DNA from: an uncultured Nitrospiraceae bacterium
GTDB lineage: Bacteria; Nitrospirota; Thermodesulfovibrionia; Thermodesulfovibrionales; Dissulfurispiraceae
DNA length: 64,000 nucleotides
Assembly: GCA_963705105.1 (NCBI GenBank)
Contig: CAVPIW010000009.1
Span: 256,001-320,000, forward strand
Reading direction: 5' to 3'
Notes under the pieces: model-generated
Seen by the model: only the letters and a program-made list of their open reading frames with translations
What the model was told of the DNA's origin: nothing
Databases searched by the model: none
Part shown: positions 19,850-28,329 of the stretch, one piece after another
Layout of the letters: every line of letters starts with the position of its first letter
Numbering within the stretch: position 1 is the stretch's first letter
Position numbers and translations under genes: made by a program

Positions 19850-22800
19850 GACCGCCCTTCTCTCCAATCCCTGAAAGGGCGCTTTTCAGACGCACGGCGT
19901 AGCTCATCAGAACTCCCGCCTCCGGAAATGACCCTTCCGGCTCCGGGCCATAGGCCTCGATAAATCCGAGCAAAGCCCTCATCTCGTCTGCGGTCAGAGC
20001 TTCGGCCCAGCGGTCGTTTCGCTGCCCGTCGATCGCGTACCCCTCCAGCATCGACACGTCGAGAGCGGCGCCGATAAATGCCTCACAAAGGGTGATGACT
20101 CTGCCGGTCTCTTCTATCAGGTCTTCCTCGCGTACGGCCAGCACCCGGTGATGCCCCGCGGCTTCACGGAATCGTGAGACGGCGAGATTGCTCTCCATCC
20201 AGTATTCCGCGAGAAAGGCGGCGTCTCCCCCCGGGAAAAGACGGGAGACGTCGATGCCGTCCGGCAGGACGTCGTCGTGGAAGCAATTCCAGCAGCGGGT
20301 CTCGCCATCCTGACGCGCAGGCCAATAGTGGCGGACCTTGTGCCTGTCGAGCCCGTACATGAAGAGTCGTTTCAGGCTGGCCGCAACGTCCGTCATGGCA
20401 CGATGTATCCAGATGTACTTCGCATCGGGGAAGAGGCTGTCCACGAAGAACAGCTTGTTGCACAGGTGGGGGTTCTTGTTCAGGAACCGGGCGCCGGGTT
20501 CTTTGTTTGCGGCGTTTTTCCGGTACTCTTCGAGAAATGCCTTCGTCAACCGCTCCGCCCTCTCGGGGCTTGCGTCTTCAGCGCCAAGCTGAGGACAGAC
20601 GGTATCGCGGGTGCGGGGCGATGCCATGACGACGCCACCGCCTTCAGACCACACATGCTTCAACTCGAAGGGACAGTGCACGATCTCTCTGTGCCTTCCG
20701 AGCAGTTCAGCGAGAAGAGTTGTGCCGCTGCGCATGCCTCCCACCAGGAAGACCGGTTCCCGCAATCCCTTTTCACTGGGTTGAGCGGATGACGGCGATG
20801 AGCTGCCGGAAGCCCCGAAGAGGCGTGTCGAAAGGGTCTGAAGGAAGCCCTGCCGGACGTCGGAGGCCTCTTGAGCACCTGCCGGCCCGTGCCCCTCCCC
20901 AGAATCGACGCTGAAACACCAGACGACGGTATCCCGATACTCGCCCAGGCGGCGCAGCTTCGTGGCTCCTGCGCTCATCAGGGTCGCGCTCAGCGGCTCA
21001 TGGAAAAATGTGATGTCGCTCTTCACTTCCGGCGGAGCCTCGAAGCCGGACACAATGCCGTGATGCGCAGTCGAGGCGACGAGACGCCCGACGATCTTCC
21101 GGTAGAGCTCAGGGCTGTCGGCGTGGATCAGGACATCGAAACAGATCGTGAGATCACGTTTCGGGAGGGAGAGGGTCGCAAAATCGGCCGCCGCGAACCT
21201 ACGGTTCGGGAAGCGGAGACGGTTGCGCTCGATCACAACCGGTGAAAGATCGACACCGAGATATGCCTCGTCAGGAAGCTCGACAGCCACCTCCTGGTCG
21301 CCGCACCCCACATCGAGTATCGACTCCGGTTTGAATTCCGACAGGGCTTGCCTGAGCATCTGTCTTTTGTACAGGAGCGGCAGTTCCCGTGACCCCAGTC
21401 CTGACCCGAGATCGGCGTGCTCGGCATATCGATGGTCCCAGAAAAAGCGGTTGTTGAAAACCTCCCGCCGGTGAAGTCTCAGTCGTTCGTTGAAGGCGGT
21501 GATCCTTCCCTGCGCCGCCCCGTAGGGTGTGTCCGATACAAAGCCCGACGGATCCGTCAGATGGTGATAGTGGATGATGACCGGGTCGCAGCTCTGCATT
21601 GCAGCAGGCGCCTGCGATGCATCGAGGTGAAGCGGGAAATTCATGGCCACCGGCAGCTCCTCAAAGGGGACGGGGTGCTCATGGAAGGCGAGAGTCAGCG
21701 AGGCCTGCTCGCAGTGGAAGCCGGCGCTGCCGAGCATATCGATCCGTCTCGAAAGGTCCTCCGTGTACCGTCGCCATACAGGGTAGAAGGCGGTCAGCAC
21801 CTCCCCCGGAAAGACCAGTACTCCGGCATTACAGTACCAGACAGTCTGCTCATCAGAAAAGGTGCAGTGGTGTTTTCGTTCAGGCATGGCCAGCCCGTAA
21901 GCGCTGAAGAGTCTCTCAAAGACGTCATGGGGCACCGTTGCCAGGTCGGCCATCTTGGCCTGGAAGGTCTCGCCCCTGACGTACGGCGACGGGTCCCGGA
22001 CAACAAGGGTGTCACAATCCAGAAGCATCACGGCGTCGTAGGCGAAGAGCTCAGGCAGATCGAGGAATCTCAGCTTGTTCGACGGGGCGTGAAAGTAGCT
22101 GAACCGCGGGACGACCCGGACGAAGGCGCCCCATCTTCTGAACTCTTTCACATACGTTTCGTCCGCCTCGTCGACAATGCAGATCATGACGTTCGCACCA
22201 GAAAGGGCGCCGCCGAACCAGCGCACCGACTGGAGCAGCCTGAGGGCCTGCGACAGATACTTCGGGTTGTTTTCGGCCACGCAGCCGATGAGGACCCTTC
22301 CCATGCCCGGCGCACAGGCCCGCAGCTCACGCAATGAAGGGGAAGACCCGTGACGCAGGCCGAACGTCCCCAGAAGTCCCTCATGACAGGACAGAAAAGC
22401 CCGCCTGCGCTCATCGCCGAACACACCGAGGTCGTCGCCTCTCACAAGACCGAAGCATCGTCCCTCGTGGCCGGCTATGACAAAGCCGTTGAGCAATGCC
22501 GAGCGGACGACGGTTCCAAGGGTCTGCTTGTTGCAGTGAACCCCCATGACCGAATAGACCGTATCGGAGTGGTCAGACACGTTCGGAGTCTCGAACAGCG
22601 GTGTGCTTATGACGATGAAACCTCCGGGTCTGAGTGCCCGCTTCAGTCTCCGCCAGACCACCTCCATTTCGAAGGCCGGTATGTGCTCGATGACGTCATA
22701 GAGCACAATGACGTCGAAGGATTCGTCGTCTCTGAGCTCTGTCGCATCGCGGATCTCAAGCCGTACCCGGGGATCGCTGATGCGCTCTCTCGCTATGTTC

Positions 22801-23078
22801 AGCGACTCAGCGGAAAAATCGATGCCCAGGTAGCTCCGCACCCCCTGTTCAAGGAAGAGCGGGATGTGATCGCCCCTCCCGAACCCGATGTCCAGCATGT
22901 CCCTGCCCGCAACTCCGCCGGTGACATTGACCGTAAAATCGAACTCGGCCCGGTGCTGCCCGTCGACCTCGTGCTCCTTGAACTCGGCATGTCCCGCCAC
23001 GCCGTACGGCCTGCCCGTGACTTTGTCGACGGCGCCGAGGAAATATTCCCTGGTGTATTTCTCGATCAGGTGGCCCAC
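19842..23078 (-). CDS. fusion: methyltransferase + GT-A (GT8-like) + methyltransferase + sulfotransferase
   Basis: GTG 23078 after GGAGG; LDIGFGRG; NKLRFL..LLDCD..NAGVLV..CEQ; GSGLGS..LDVGCGD; VGGMRSGTT..NKNP. Confidence 0.8.
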   Translation of the reverse strand: MGHLIEKYTREYFLGAVDKVTGRPYGVAGHAEFKEHEVDGQHRAEFDFTVNVTGGVAGRDMLDIGFGRGDHIPLFLEQGVRSYLGIDFSAESLNIARERISDPRVRLEIRDATELRDDESFDVIVLYDVIEHIPAFEMEVVWRRLKRALRPGGFIVISTPLFETPNVSDHSDTVYSVMGVHCNKQTLGTVVRSALLNGFVIAGHEGRCFGLVRGDDLGVFGDERRRAFLSCHEGLLGTFGLRHGSSPSLRELRACAPGMGRVLIGCVAENNPKYLSQALRLLQSVRWFGGALSGANVMICIVDEADETYVKEFRRWGAFVRVVPRFSYFHAPSNKLRFLDLPELFAYDAVMLLDCDTLVVRDPSPYVRGETFQAKMADLATVPHDVFERLFSAYGLAMPERKHHCTFSDEQTVWYCNAGVLVFPGEVLTAFYPVWRRYTEDLSRRIDMLGSAGFHCEQASLTLAFHEHPVPFEELPVAMNFPLHLDASQAPAAMQSCDPVIIHYHHLTDPSGFVSDTPYGAAQGRITAFNERLRLHRREVFNNRFFWDHRYAEHADLGSGLGSRELPLLYKRQMLRQALSEFKPESILDVGCGDQEVAVELPDEAYLGVDLSPVVIERNRLRFPNRRFAAADFATLSLPKRDLTICFDVLIHADSPELYRKIVGRLVASTAHHGIVSGFEAPPEVKSDITFFHEPLSATLMSAGATKLRRLGEYRDTVVWCFSVDSGEGHGPAGAQEASDVRQGFLQTLSTRLFGASGSSSPSSAQPSEKGLREPVFLVGGMRSGTTLLAELLGRHREIVHCPFELKHVWSEGGGVVMASPRTRDTVCPQLGAEDASPERAERLTKAFLEEYRKNAANKEPGARFLNKNPHLCNKLFFVDSLFPDAKYIWIHRAMTDVAASLKRLFMYGLDRHKVRHYWPARQDGETRCWNCFHDDVLPDGIDVSRLFPGGDAAFLAEYWMESNLAVSRFREAAGHHRVLAVREEDLIEETGRVITLCEAFIGAALDVSMLEGYAIDGQRNDRWAEALTADEMRALLGFIEAYGPEPEGSFPEAGVLMSYAVRLKSALSGIGEKGGHV

Positions 23079-23082
23079 AGAG

Positions 23083-24330
23083 TCATTCCTCCAGTCTCCG
23101 GCAGGTGCTCTGCAGGTCGCAGACCCCGGCGAAGCTCCTGCCCCTCCTGAGCACCTCGATGTGCAGTACGCCCACCTGTTTGTCCAGCAGGAGGTTTGCC
23201 GTCTGGCTGATGTGGTCGGTGAGACCGGCGCTGACAAAATAATGTCCCGGCGCAAGACGTGCCTCGAAGGAGAACTCGGCGCCGATCCGTCCGTCCTTTC
23301 TCTCAGACCGGGGATAGCTGATGCCCTGGGAGAGTGTCTCAATGCCGTAAATAGTGTACCCCCGCTGATCCCGCAGCTGCCAGATGATCTTGGGATTGAT
23401 CACCTCATCGGCGACCCGGGCCCCTATGCTGAGAGTAACCCTGTCACCCTGGTGCACCATGCCTCCTTCGCCGGCCGAGAGATCCACGGCGGTGATCCTT
23501 CCCGCCTGCGTGCCGTAGGCGACGGCCGCCGGGTTGTCATCGACGGGTCTCCACGCTACGACCCGGCCCTGACTCCCACCGTAGTTCTGCTCATCCCACA
23601 TGTCCTTGAGATACGCTTCCGTCGCCATCTCGGCGCTCCCGTTGTACCTTATTTCACCGCCGCGGAGATATATCGCCGACTGGCAGTAGTTCCGCACCAT
23701 CTGCATATCGTGGGAGACGAACAGGAGGGTCATGCCGCCCCTGATCATCCTCTCCAGTTCGTTGAGGCATTTCTGCTGAAACGCAACATCTCCGACAGCC
23801 AACGCCTCATCGACGATAAGCACATCGGGGCTGACACTCACGGCCATGGCGAAGGCAAGTCTCACAAGCATCCCGCTGGAGTAATTCCTGACGGGCTGGT
23901 ACGCGAACTCCCCGATGTCGGCGAAGGAAAGGATGCCGGGCAGCATCCGGGCCGTCTCCTCCCGCGAATTGCCCGCAATCGTGCCGTTGAGGTATATGTT
24001 ATCCACGCCGCTCATCTCCGGGTTGAGCCCGACGCCGAGCTCCAGAATGGCCGAGACGCGCCCGGAAACCCCGACGGCGCCCCCCGTCGGCGTCAGGACG
24101 CCGGCGATGATCTTGAGCAATGTCGACTTGCCCGAACCGTTCCTGCCGATGATGCCAAAGGTGTCTCCCCTGCCTATCTCGAAGGAGACATCCCTCAGTG
24201 CATAGAAGTCACGGTGGTACTTCTTCCTGAAGGGACTGAGGGATTCCTTCAGGCGGTCAATGGGCCTGTCATAGAGCTGGTAGACTTTTGTCAGGCTCTC
24301 CGCCCTGACAGCGATGTTGTCTGCAGTCAC
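23083..24330 (-). CDS. wzt: polysaccharide ABC exporter ATPase with Wzt C-terminal domain
   Basis: GRNGSGKST, YSSGM..RLAF, VDEALAVGD..FQ, VSHD, plus a C-terminal extension. Confidence 0.92.
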   Translation of the reverse strand: MTADNIAVRAESLTKVYQLYDRPIDRLKESLSPFRKKYHRDFYALRDVSFEIGRGDTFGIIGRNGSGKSTLLKIIAGVLTPTGGAVGVSGRVSAILELGVGLNPEMSGVDNIYLNGTIAGNSREETARMLPGILSFADIGEFAYQPVRNYSSGMLVRLAFAMAVSVSPDVLIVDEALAVGDVAFQQKCLNELERMIRGGMTLLFVSHDMQMVRNYCQSAIYLRGGEIRYNGSAEMATEAYLKDMWDEQNYGGSQGRVVAWRPVDDNPAAVAYGTQAGRITAVDLSAGEGGMVHQGDRVTLSIGARVADEVINPKIIWQLRDQRGYTIYGIETLSQGISYPRSERKDGRIGAEFSFEARLAPGHYFVSAGLTDHISQTANLLLDKQVGVLHIEVLRRGRSFAGVCDLQSTCRRLEE

Positions 24331-24355
24331 AAGGGTCGTCCCTGTATCCTGAGAC

Positions 24356-24967
24356 TCAACGGGCTGCAGCAGCCGGTCTCCAGAAGTCCGCCGATTTCAG
24401 GACGCCGAGAAGTCGGCCGACGCAATCAGGGGCACTCAGCGTCTCGGTGTCCAGAGTCACGTGTGCCCCTTCCGGCTCATCGAAGGGCGATGATATCCCC
24501 GTGTATTCCTTGATGAGACCCTCCCGGGCCTTGCGATAGAGGCCCTTCGGGTCCCGCTGCTCGCAGGTCTCGATGCGGCATTTCACGTAGACCTCAAGGT
24601 AATTCCCGCCTTCGAAACGTTGCCGGATGAACCGCCGGTCCTCTTCGAAGGGTGTTATGAAGGCGCAGATCACGATGATCCCGGCGTCTGTGAAGAGCTT
24701 GCTCACCTCAACGATCCTGCGGAGGTTTTCCCGCCGGTCTTCCCTGCTGAAGCCGAGATCCGCGTTGAGCCCGTGCCGCACGTTGTCGCCGTCGAGCGTG
24801 TAGGACCTGATGCCCAGGTCGTGCAGCTCCTTCTCAAGGCCGTGGGCGATCGTCGACTTGCCCGCAGCCGACAGGCCGGTGAACCACAGGACCCCGCTGC
24901 CGTGGCCGTTCAGCCTGTGGCGGTCCTCCCTGGTAACCAGTCCTCTATGAAAGTAGACGTTATTCAT
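24356..24967 (-). CDS. cysC: adenylyl-sulfate (APS) kinase
   Basis: WFTGLSAAGKSTIA, LDGDNVRHGL..DLGFS..DR.EN, RDPKGLY. Confidence 0.95.
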   Translation of the reverse strand: MNNVYFHRGLVTREDRHRLNGHGSGVLWFTGLSAAGKSTIAHGLEKELHDLGIRSYTLDGDNVRHGLNADLGFSREDRRENLRRIVEVSKLFTDAGIIVICAFITPFEEDRRFIRQRFEGGNYLEVYVKCRIETCEQRDPKGLYRKAREGLIKEYTGISSPFDEPEGAHVTLDTETLSAPDCVGRLLGVLKSADFWRPAAAAR

Positions 24968-25007
24968 CAGTATTCAATTGCCGCTCGTCGGGTCCCCCGG
25001 CGCGCCG

Positions 25008-25817
25008 TCACAGGACATCGGCAAAGTGAGGTCTCAACCGGTTGAAGAGGAGCGCCCCGAAAACGAAGATGATCCCCGTCACCGCCCAGAAGTAGATTGT
25101 GAGGCCCGGTTCCTGCCAGAACCAGGTCTTATAGAGCAGACTGCCCCGGTATCCGTCAACGATGTAGTAGAAGGGGTTCAGGCTGATAAAGGGCCTCACG
25201 GCCTCGGGCATGATGCCCGGGGACCAGAAGATCGGCGTCAGCCAGAACCCGAACTGCAGGAGCACCCCCACCACCTGCCCCACATCCCGCGCAAAGACCG
25301 TCAGCGACGATGTGATCCACGATATCCCCAGGAGCAGGACAATAGCCGCAAATAAATAGTACCCGACCTGCAGGCCCTGGAGATCGAAGCGGAAACCGTA
25401 CAGCAGGAAGAGAATAAAAAGCAGGGCGACGAAGACGACATGGACCAGCAGGGACGAGAGGATCTTGATGATCGGCAGCACGCTGACCCTGAAGACGACC
25501 TTCTTCACGAGGTAGCTGTTGTCCGAGACGGCATGGGTCGCGTTCGATATCGCCTCTGCGACGAAAAACCACGGGATGATACCGCACAGCAGCCAGAGAA
25601 TGAAGGGCGCGTCGCCCACCGCCGCAGCCTTGAAGCCCATCTGGAAGACGAACCACAGCACGAGGACGCTCACCGCCGGGTTCACGAAGGCCCAGAACAT
25701 ACCGAGATATGAGCTCAGGTACTTCGTGCGGAAATCGGCCTTCGTCAGGTCCCAGATGAGCCTCCGGCTCCTGAAGAGATCGGAAAGGAAATGAAAGAAG
25801 TTGGTAACGAAATTCAT
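25008..25817 (-). CDS. wzm: polysaccharide ABC exporter permease
   Basis: DF..KY..SYLG.FW, PWFF, YLVKKVVF, RDVGQ, FWLTPIFW, LNP, FADVL. Confidence 0.92.
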   Translation of the reverse strand: MNFVTNFFHFLSDLFRSRRLIWDLTKADFRTKYLSSYLGMFWAFVNPAVSVLVLWFVFQMGFKAAAVGDAPFILWLLCGIIPWFFVAEAISNATHAVSDNSYLVKKVVFRVSVLPIIKILSSLLVHVVFVALLFILFLLYGFRFDLQGLQVGYYLFAAIVLLLGISWITSSLTVFARDVGQVVGVLLQFGFWLTPIFWSPGIMPEAVRPFISLNPFYYIVDGYRGSLLYKTWFWQEPGLTIYFWAVTGIIFVFGALLFNRLRPHFADVL

Positions 25818-25846
25818 CGGCAAGTCATGAGGCGCTCTATGGTAAA

Positions 25847-25994
25847 TAGTGTCTGTCCATAAAGTAAGCTTCAGCTGTCATTCCCGCAACCCCGCACTTG
25901 GTGCGGGGGCGTCGGGAATCCTTCTGAAACAAAGATTTCGGACAAGCCGGAATGACAAATATACTGCACGTCATGAGTTTGTGGACAGACACTA
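25847..25994. mobile_element. MITE family C (single copy)
   Basis: TIRs TAGTGTCTGTCCATAAAGT / AGTTTGTGGACAGACACTA enclosing GTCATTCC..GGAATGAC hairpins. Confidence 0.65.
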
Positions 25995-26035
25995 CATAAC
26001 CCCTTGTCATACCGTTATGTGCTGAAATTTCTCAT

Positions 26036-26082
26036 TATCCTGCAGTTGCATAAAAGGAGGGCGTATGCAACGATAAGGTCTA
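26036..26082. mobile_element. internally deleted MITE family B remnant
   Basis: Only the two ends remain: TATCCTGCAGTTGCATA..TGCAACGATAAGG. Confidence 0.5.
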
Positions 26083-26111
26083 TTATAAGTTGATGACGAA
26101 GGGGAGGTCAA
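26082..26111 (-). promoter_or_regulatory. candidate sigma-70 promoter for the wzm operon
   Basis: Minus strand TTGACC-N18-TATAAT. Confidence 0.5.
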
Positions 26112-26232
26112 TGTCTGCCGCGGACAGGGGCTGTCGTTTCCGATGTTGCCGACACACGACACGGCGATGACATCGTTTCACAAATCATGAACATCCCCTT
26201 TTTCAGCCGGTACAACGATGAGACACAAAATT

Positions 26233-26392
26233 GACGGATTTATAAAAAGTCGTCATACCCGCGAAGCTTGTCCCCGCGGATAGTAAGCGGGGAGCGGGTA
26301 TCCAGAGTACAAATAACTGCCTGCAAGGACTGGATTCCCGTCTGCACGGGAATGACGGACAAGCCCTTTACAGGACTTTTTACGAGGCCGTC
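26233..26392. mobile_element. MITE family A, copy 2
   Basis: Close match to 4991-5150; 6-bp direct repeat AAAATT on both sides. Confidence 0.8.
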
Positions 26393-26402
26393 AAAATTTA
26401 TG

Positions 26403-26431
26403 TTGAAACCGACCCTGTTCTGTGGTATACG
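26403..26431 (+). promoter_or_regulatory. candidate sigma-70 promoter
   Basis: TTGAAA-N17-TATACG with TG extension, upstream of ATG 26493. Confidence 0.4.
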
Positions 26432-26492
26432 AAATAAAGGAGTCAATTGGCAGAGGTCTTATTCACTGTTTTATGACAATGCAAAGGAGGGT

Positions 26493-28247
26493 ATGGCGAT
26501 GGAAACGGCGAAACGGATGAGGAGACGGACCCTTGTGTCCTGTCTCGCGGGAGTGCTCTTTGCGTGCCTTATTGCTGTTTGTCTCGTGGCGGCACAGAGC
26601 AGCAAAGCGGCTGCGCAGGCGGTGGAGATCGGAGCTGACACATCGCAGGGCGTGCTGGCGGTGACGGCGAACCTTGTGGAAGGAGAGCTGCTGAGCGTCG
26701 AGGTGATGGGACCGGGCAGCAAGCTCGTCGTGGATGAGGACGTGGCGTCGTCCTCATTCACGTGGGCGCCCGGAGCCGGTGAGGCCGACGGACTGTACCG
26801 GTATGAGATCCAGGTGGTGGATAAAGCGACGGGCAACATGATCGGCAGGACGGCCGGATCGTTTACTGTCAAAGGCGGTGATATCATGGCACCACGTGAG
26901 ATTACGCCTGTGAAAAAGAACATCCGGCAGGGCATGCTGTACAAAGCGTGGCAGCATCTGGCCGCGGCGATGAACTGGGTCACGGATTTTCTCGTTCCAA
27001 ACGCACAGGCCGCCGACGTAAATATCGAGGACCCCAGCCCGGAAATCTTATTTGACGACACGGACGACGAGGATGCCACACCAAGCTATGACTGGATCCT
27101 CAGAACAAGCGGCGGGACTTCGGACAATGATACCAACAACTACTTCATAATATCCGGCTACGGAGAGCTCGGCACCGGTTGCGCTGAAGTGCCGATCATT
27201 CGCATCGATCATAACGGAACGTGCGAGGCAGGCAGCAGCCCGGTCAACAGCCTCGTTGCCAATGCCAACGGCGACCTTCGTTTGGCCGATGGCAGGATGT
27301 TCTTCGACCGGTCCGCATCGCGCCTGGGCATCAACAACACCGCACCGTCGTACATGATCGATGCCGTCGGCTCAAGTGAGATCATGTTGCGGCAAAGCAC
27401 ACTCGCCACTGCCAGGTCCATCGCCATGAGAAACGACGGCGCCGCAACCGACCTCGAAGCCAGAAACGCCGACCTCTGGATTCGGGCCGACCTGCCTGCG
27501 CCCGCGAAAAACATCTACATGCTGTCCAACAGGATCGGTGTCGGAACGACCGCACCGTTCTACAAGTTCGCCGTGAACGGTGAGGGTTCCAACCGCTCGA
27601 CGCTCCACTTCACCAATACCGGCGCAGACGTCGGCGGATGGCTCACATCGGTGGCGGCCAACAACTTCTTCGTCTCCTCCGGCGCCATGTGGGACACGGC
27701 CGCAGGCGGCTGGGTGCAGAAGTCCCCTGACGGCCTGGCCGTCATGGCGGGCTCGGGGCCTTCCGGGTACCGGGTGATGACGCGGTTCGGCTGCCCGGTC
27801 GACACTGCCTGCTCCCTCCCCATTACCCGCATGGCCATCGACTATGTCGGCAATGTCGGTTTCGGCATCCCCCTCCCCGCCCACCCCCTGCACATGGCGA
27901 GCGGCGCCCATGTGACGGCGGGAGGGATCTGGATGAACGCGTCGAGCAGGAAGTACAAGGACCACATTCAGGAACTCGCCCTTGGGGACGCCCTGAAGAC
28001 GATCAGGAACCTGAACCCCGTGACGTTCTCGTACAAAGCTGAGCCGACGGAGAAGCACGTGGGCTTCATCGCCGAGGACGTCCCCGACCTCGTTGCGACA
28101 AAGGACCGTGAGGGATTGAGCCCCATGGACATCGTCGCCGTCATGACGAAGGTGGTCCAGGAACAACAGGGCATGATCGAGAAGCAGCAGGAGATGATCG
28201 AGAAGCTGAATGCGCGGCTTGAGGATTTGGAGCGGCGCCTGCGATAG
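26493..28247 (+). CDS. secreted fibre-like protein with C-terminal peptidase S74 (intramolecular chaperone) domain
   Basis: AAGGAGG RBS, signal peptide, GIN/GVG.T.P beta repeats, SSRKYK..I, LNPVTFSYK, GFIAEDV, terminal coiled coil. Confidence 0.8.
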   Translation: MAMETAKRMRRRTLVSCLAGVLFACLIAVCLVAAQSSKAAAQAVEIGADTSQGVLAVTANLVEGELLSVEVMGPGSKLVVDEDVASSSFTWAPGAGEADGLYRYEIQVVDKATGNMIGRTAGSFTVKGGDIMAPREITPVKKNIRQGMLYKAWQHLAAAMNWVTDFLVPNAQAADVNIEDPSPEILFDDTDDEDATPSYDWILRTSGGTSDNDTNNYFIISGYGELGTGCAEVPIIRIDHNGTCEAGSSPVNSLVANANGDLRLADGRMFFDRSASRLGINNTAPSYMIDAVGSSEIMLRQSTLATARSIAMRNDGAATDLEARNADLWIRADLPAPAKNIYMLSNRIGVGTTAPFYKFAVNGEGSNRSTLHFTNTGADVGGWLTSVAANNFFVSSGAMWDTAAGGWVQKSPDGLAVMAGSGPSGYRVMTRFGCPVDTACSLPITRMAIDYVGNVGFGIPLPAHPLHMASGAHVTAGGIWMNASSRKYKDHIQELALGDALKTIRNLNPVTFSYKAEPTEKHVGFIAEDVPDLVATKDREGLSPMDIVAVMTKVVQEQQGMIEKQQEMIEKLNARLEDLERRLR

Positions 28248-28269
28248 GGCGAAAAGGTACGTGAGAAGG

Positions 28270-28294
28270 GAGGCGGCGAGGGAGCGCCGCCCTC
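28270..28294. terminator. GC hairpin between convergent genes
   Basis: GGCGGCG-agggag-CGCCGCC. Confidence 0.5.
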
Positions 28295-28329
28295 CAAGAC
28301 AGAGAACCCAGGCCCTTAAAACATCCCGC

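Noticed and set aside
23079..23342. Long N-terminal extensions in the ORF track (also 10295-10570, 16834-16959, 30073-30297)
   Set aside because: They overlap upstream genes or promoters; downstream starts have an RBS and/or begin at the first family motif.
26493..28247. Prophage
   Set aside because: Only one fibre-like gene, with a signal peptide; no integrase, capsid, terminase or lysis genes.
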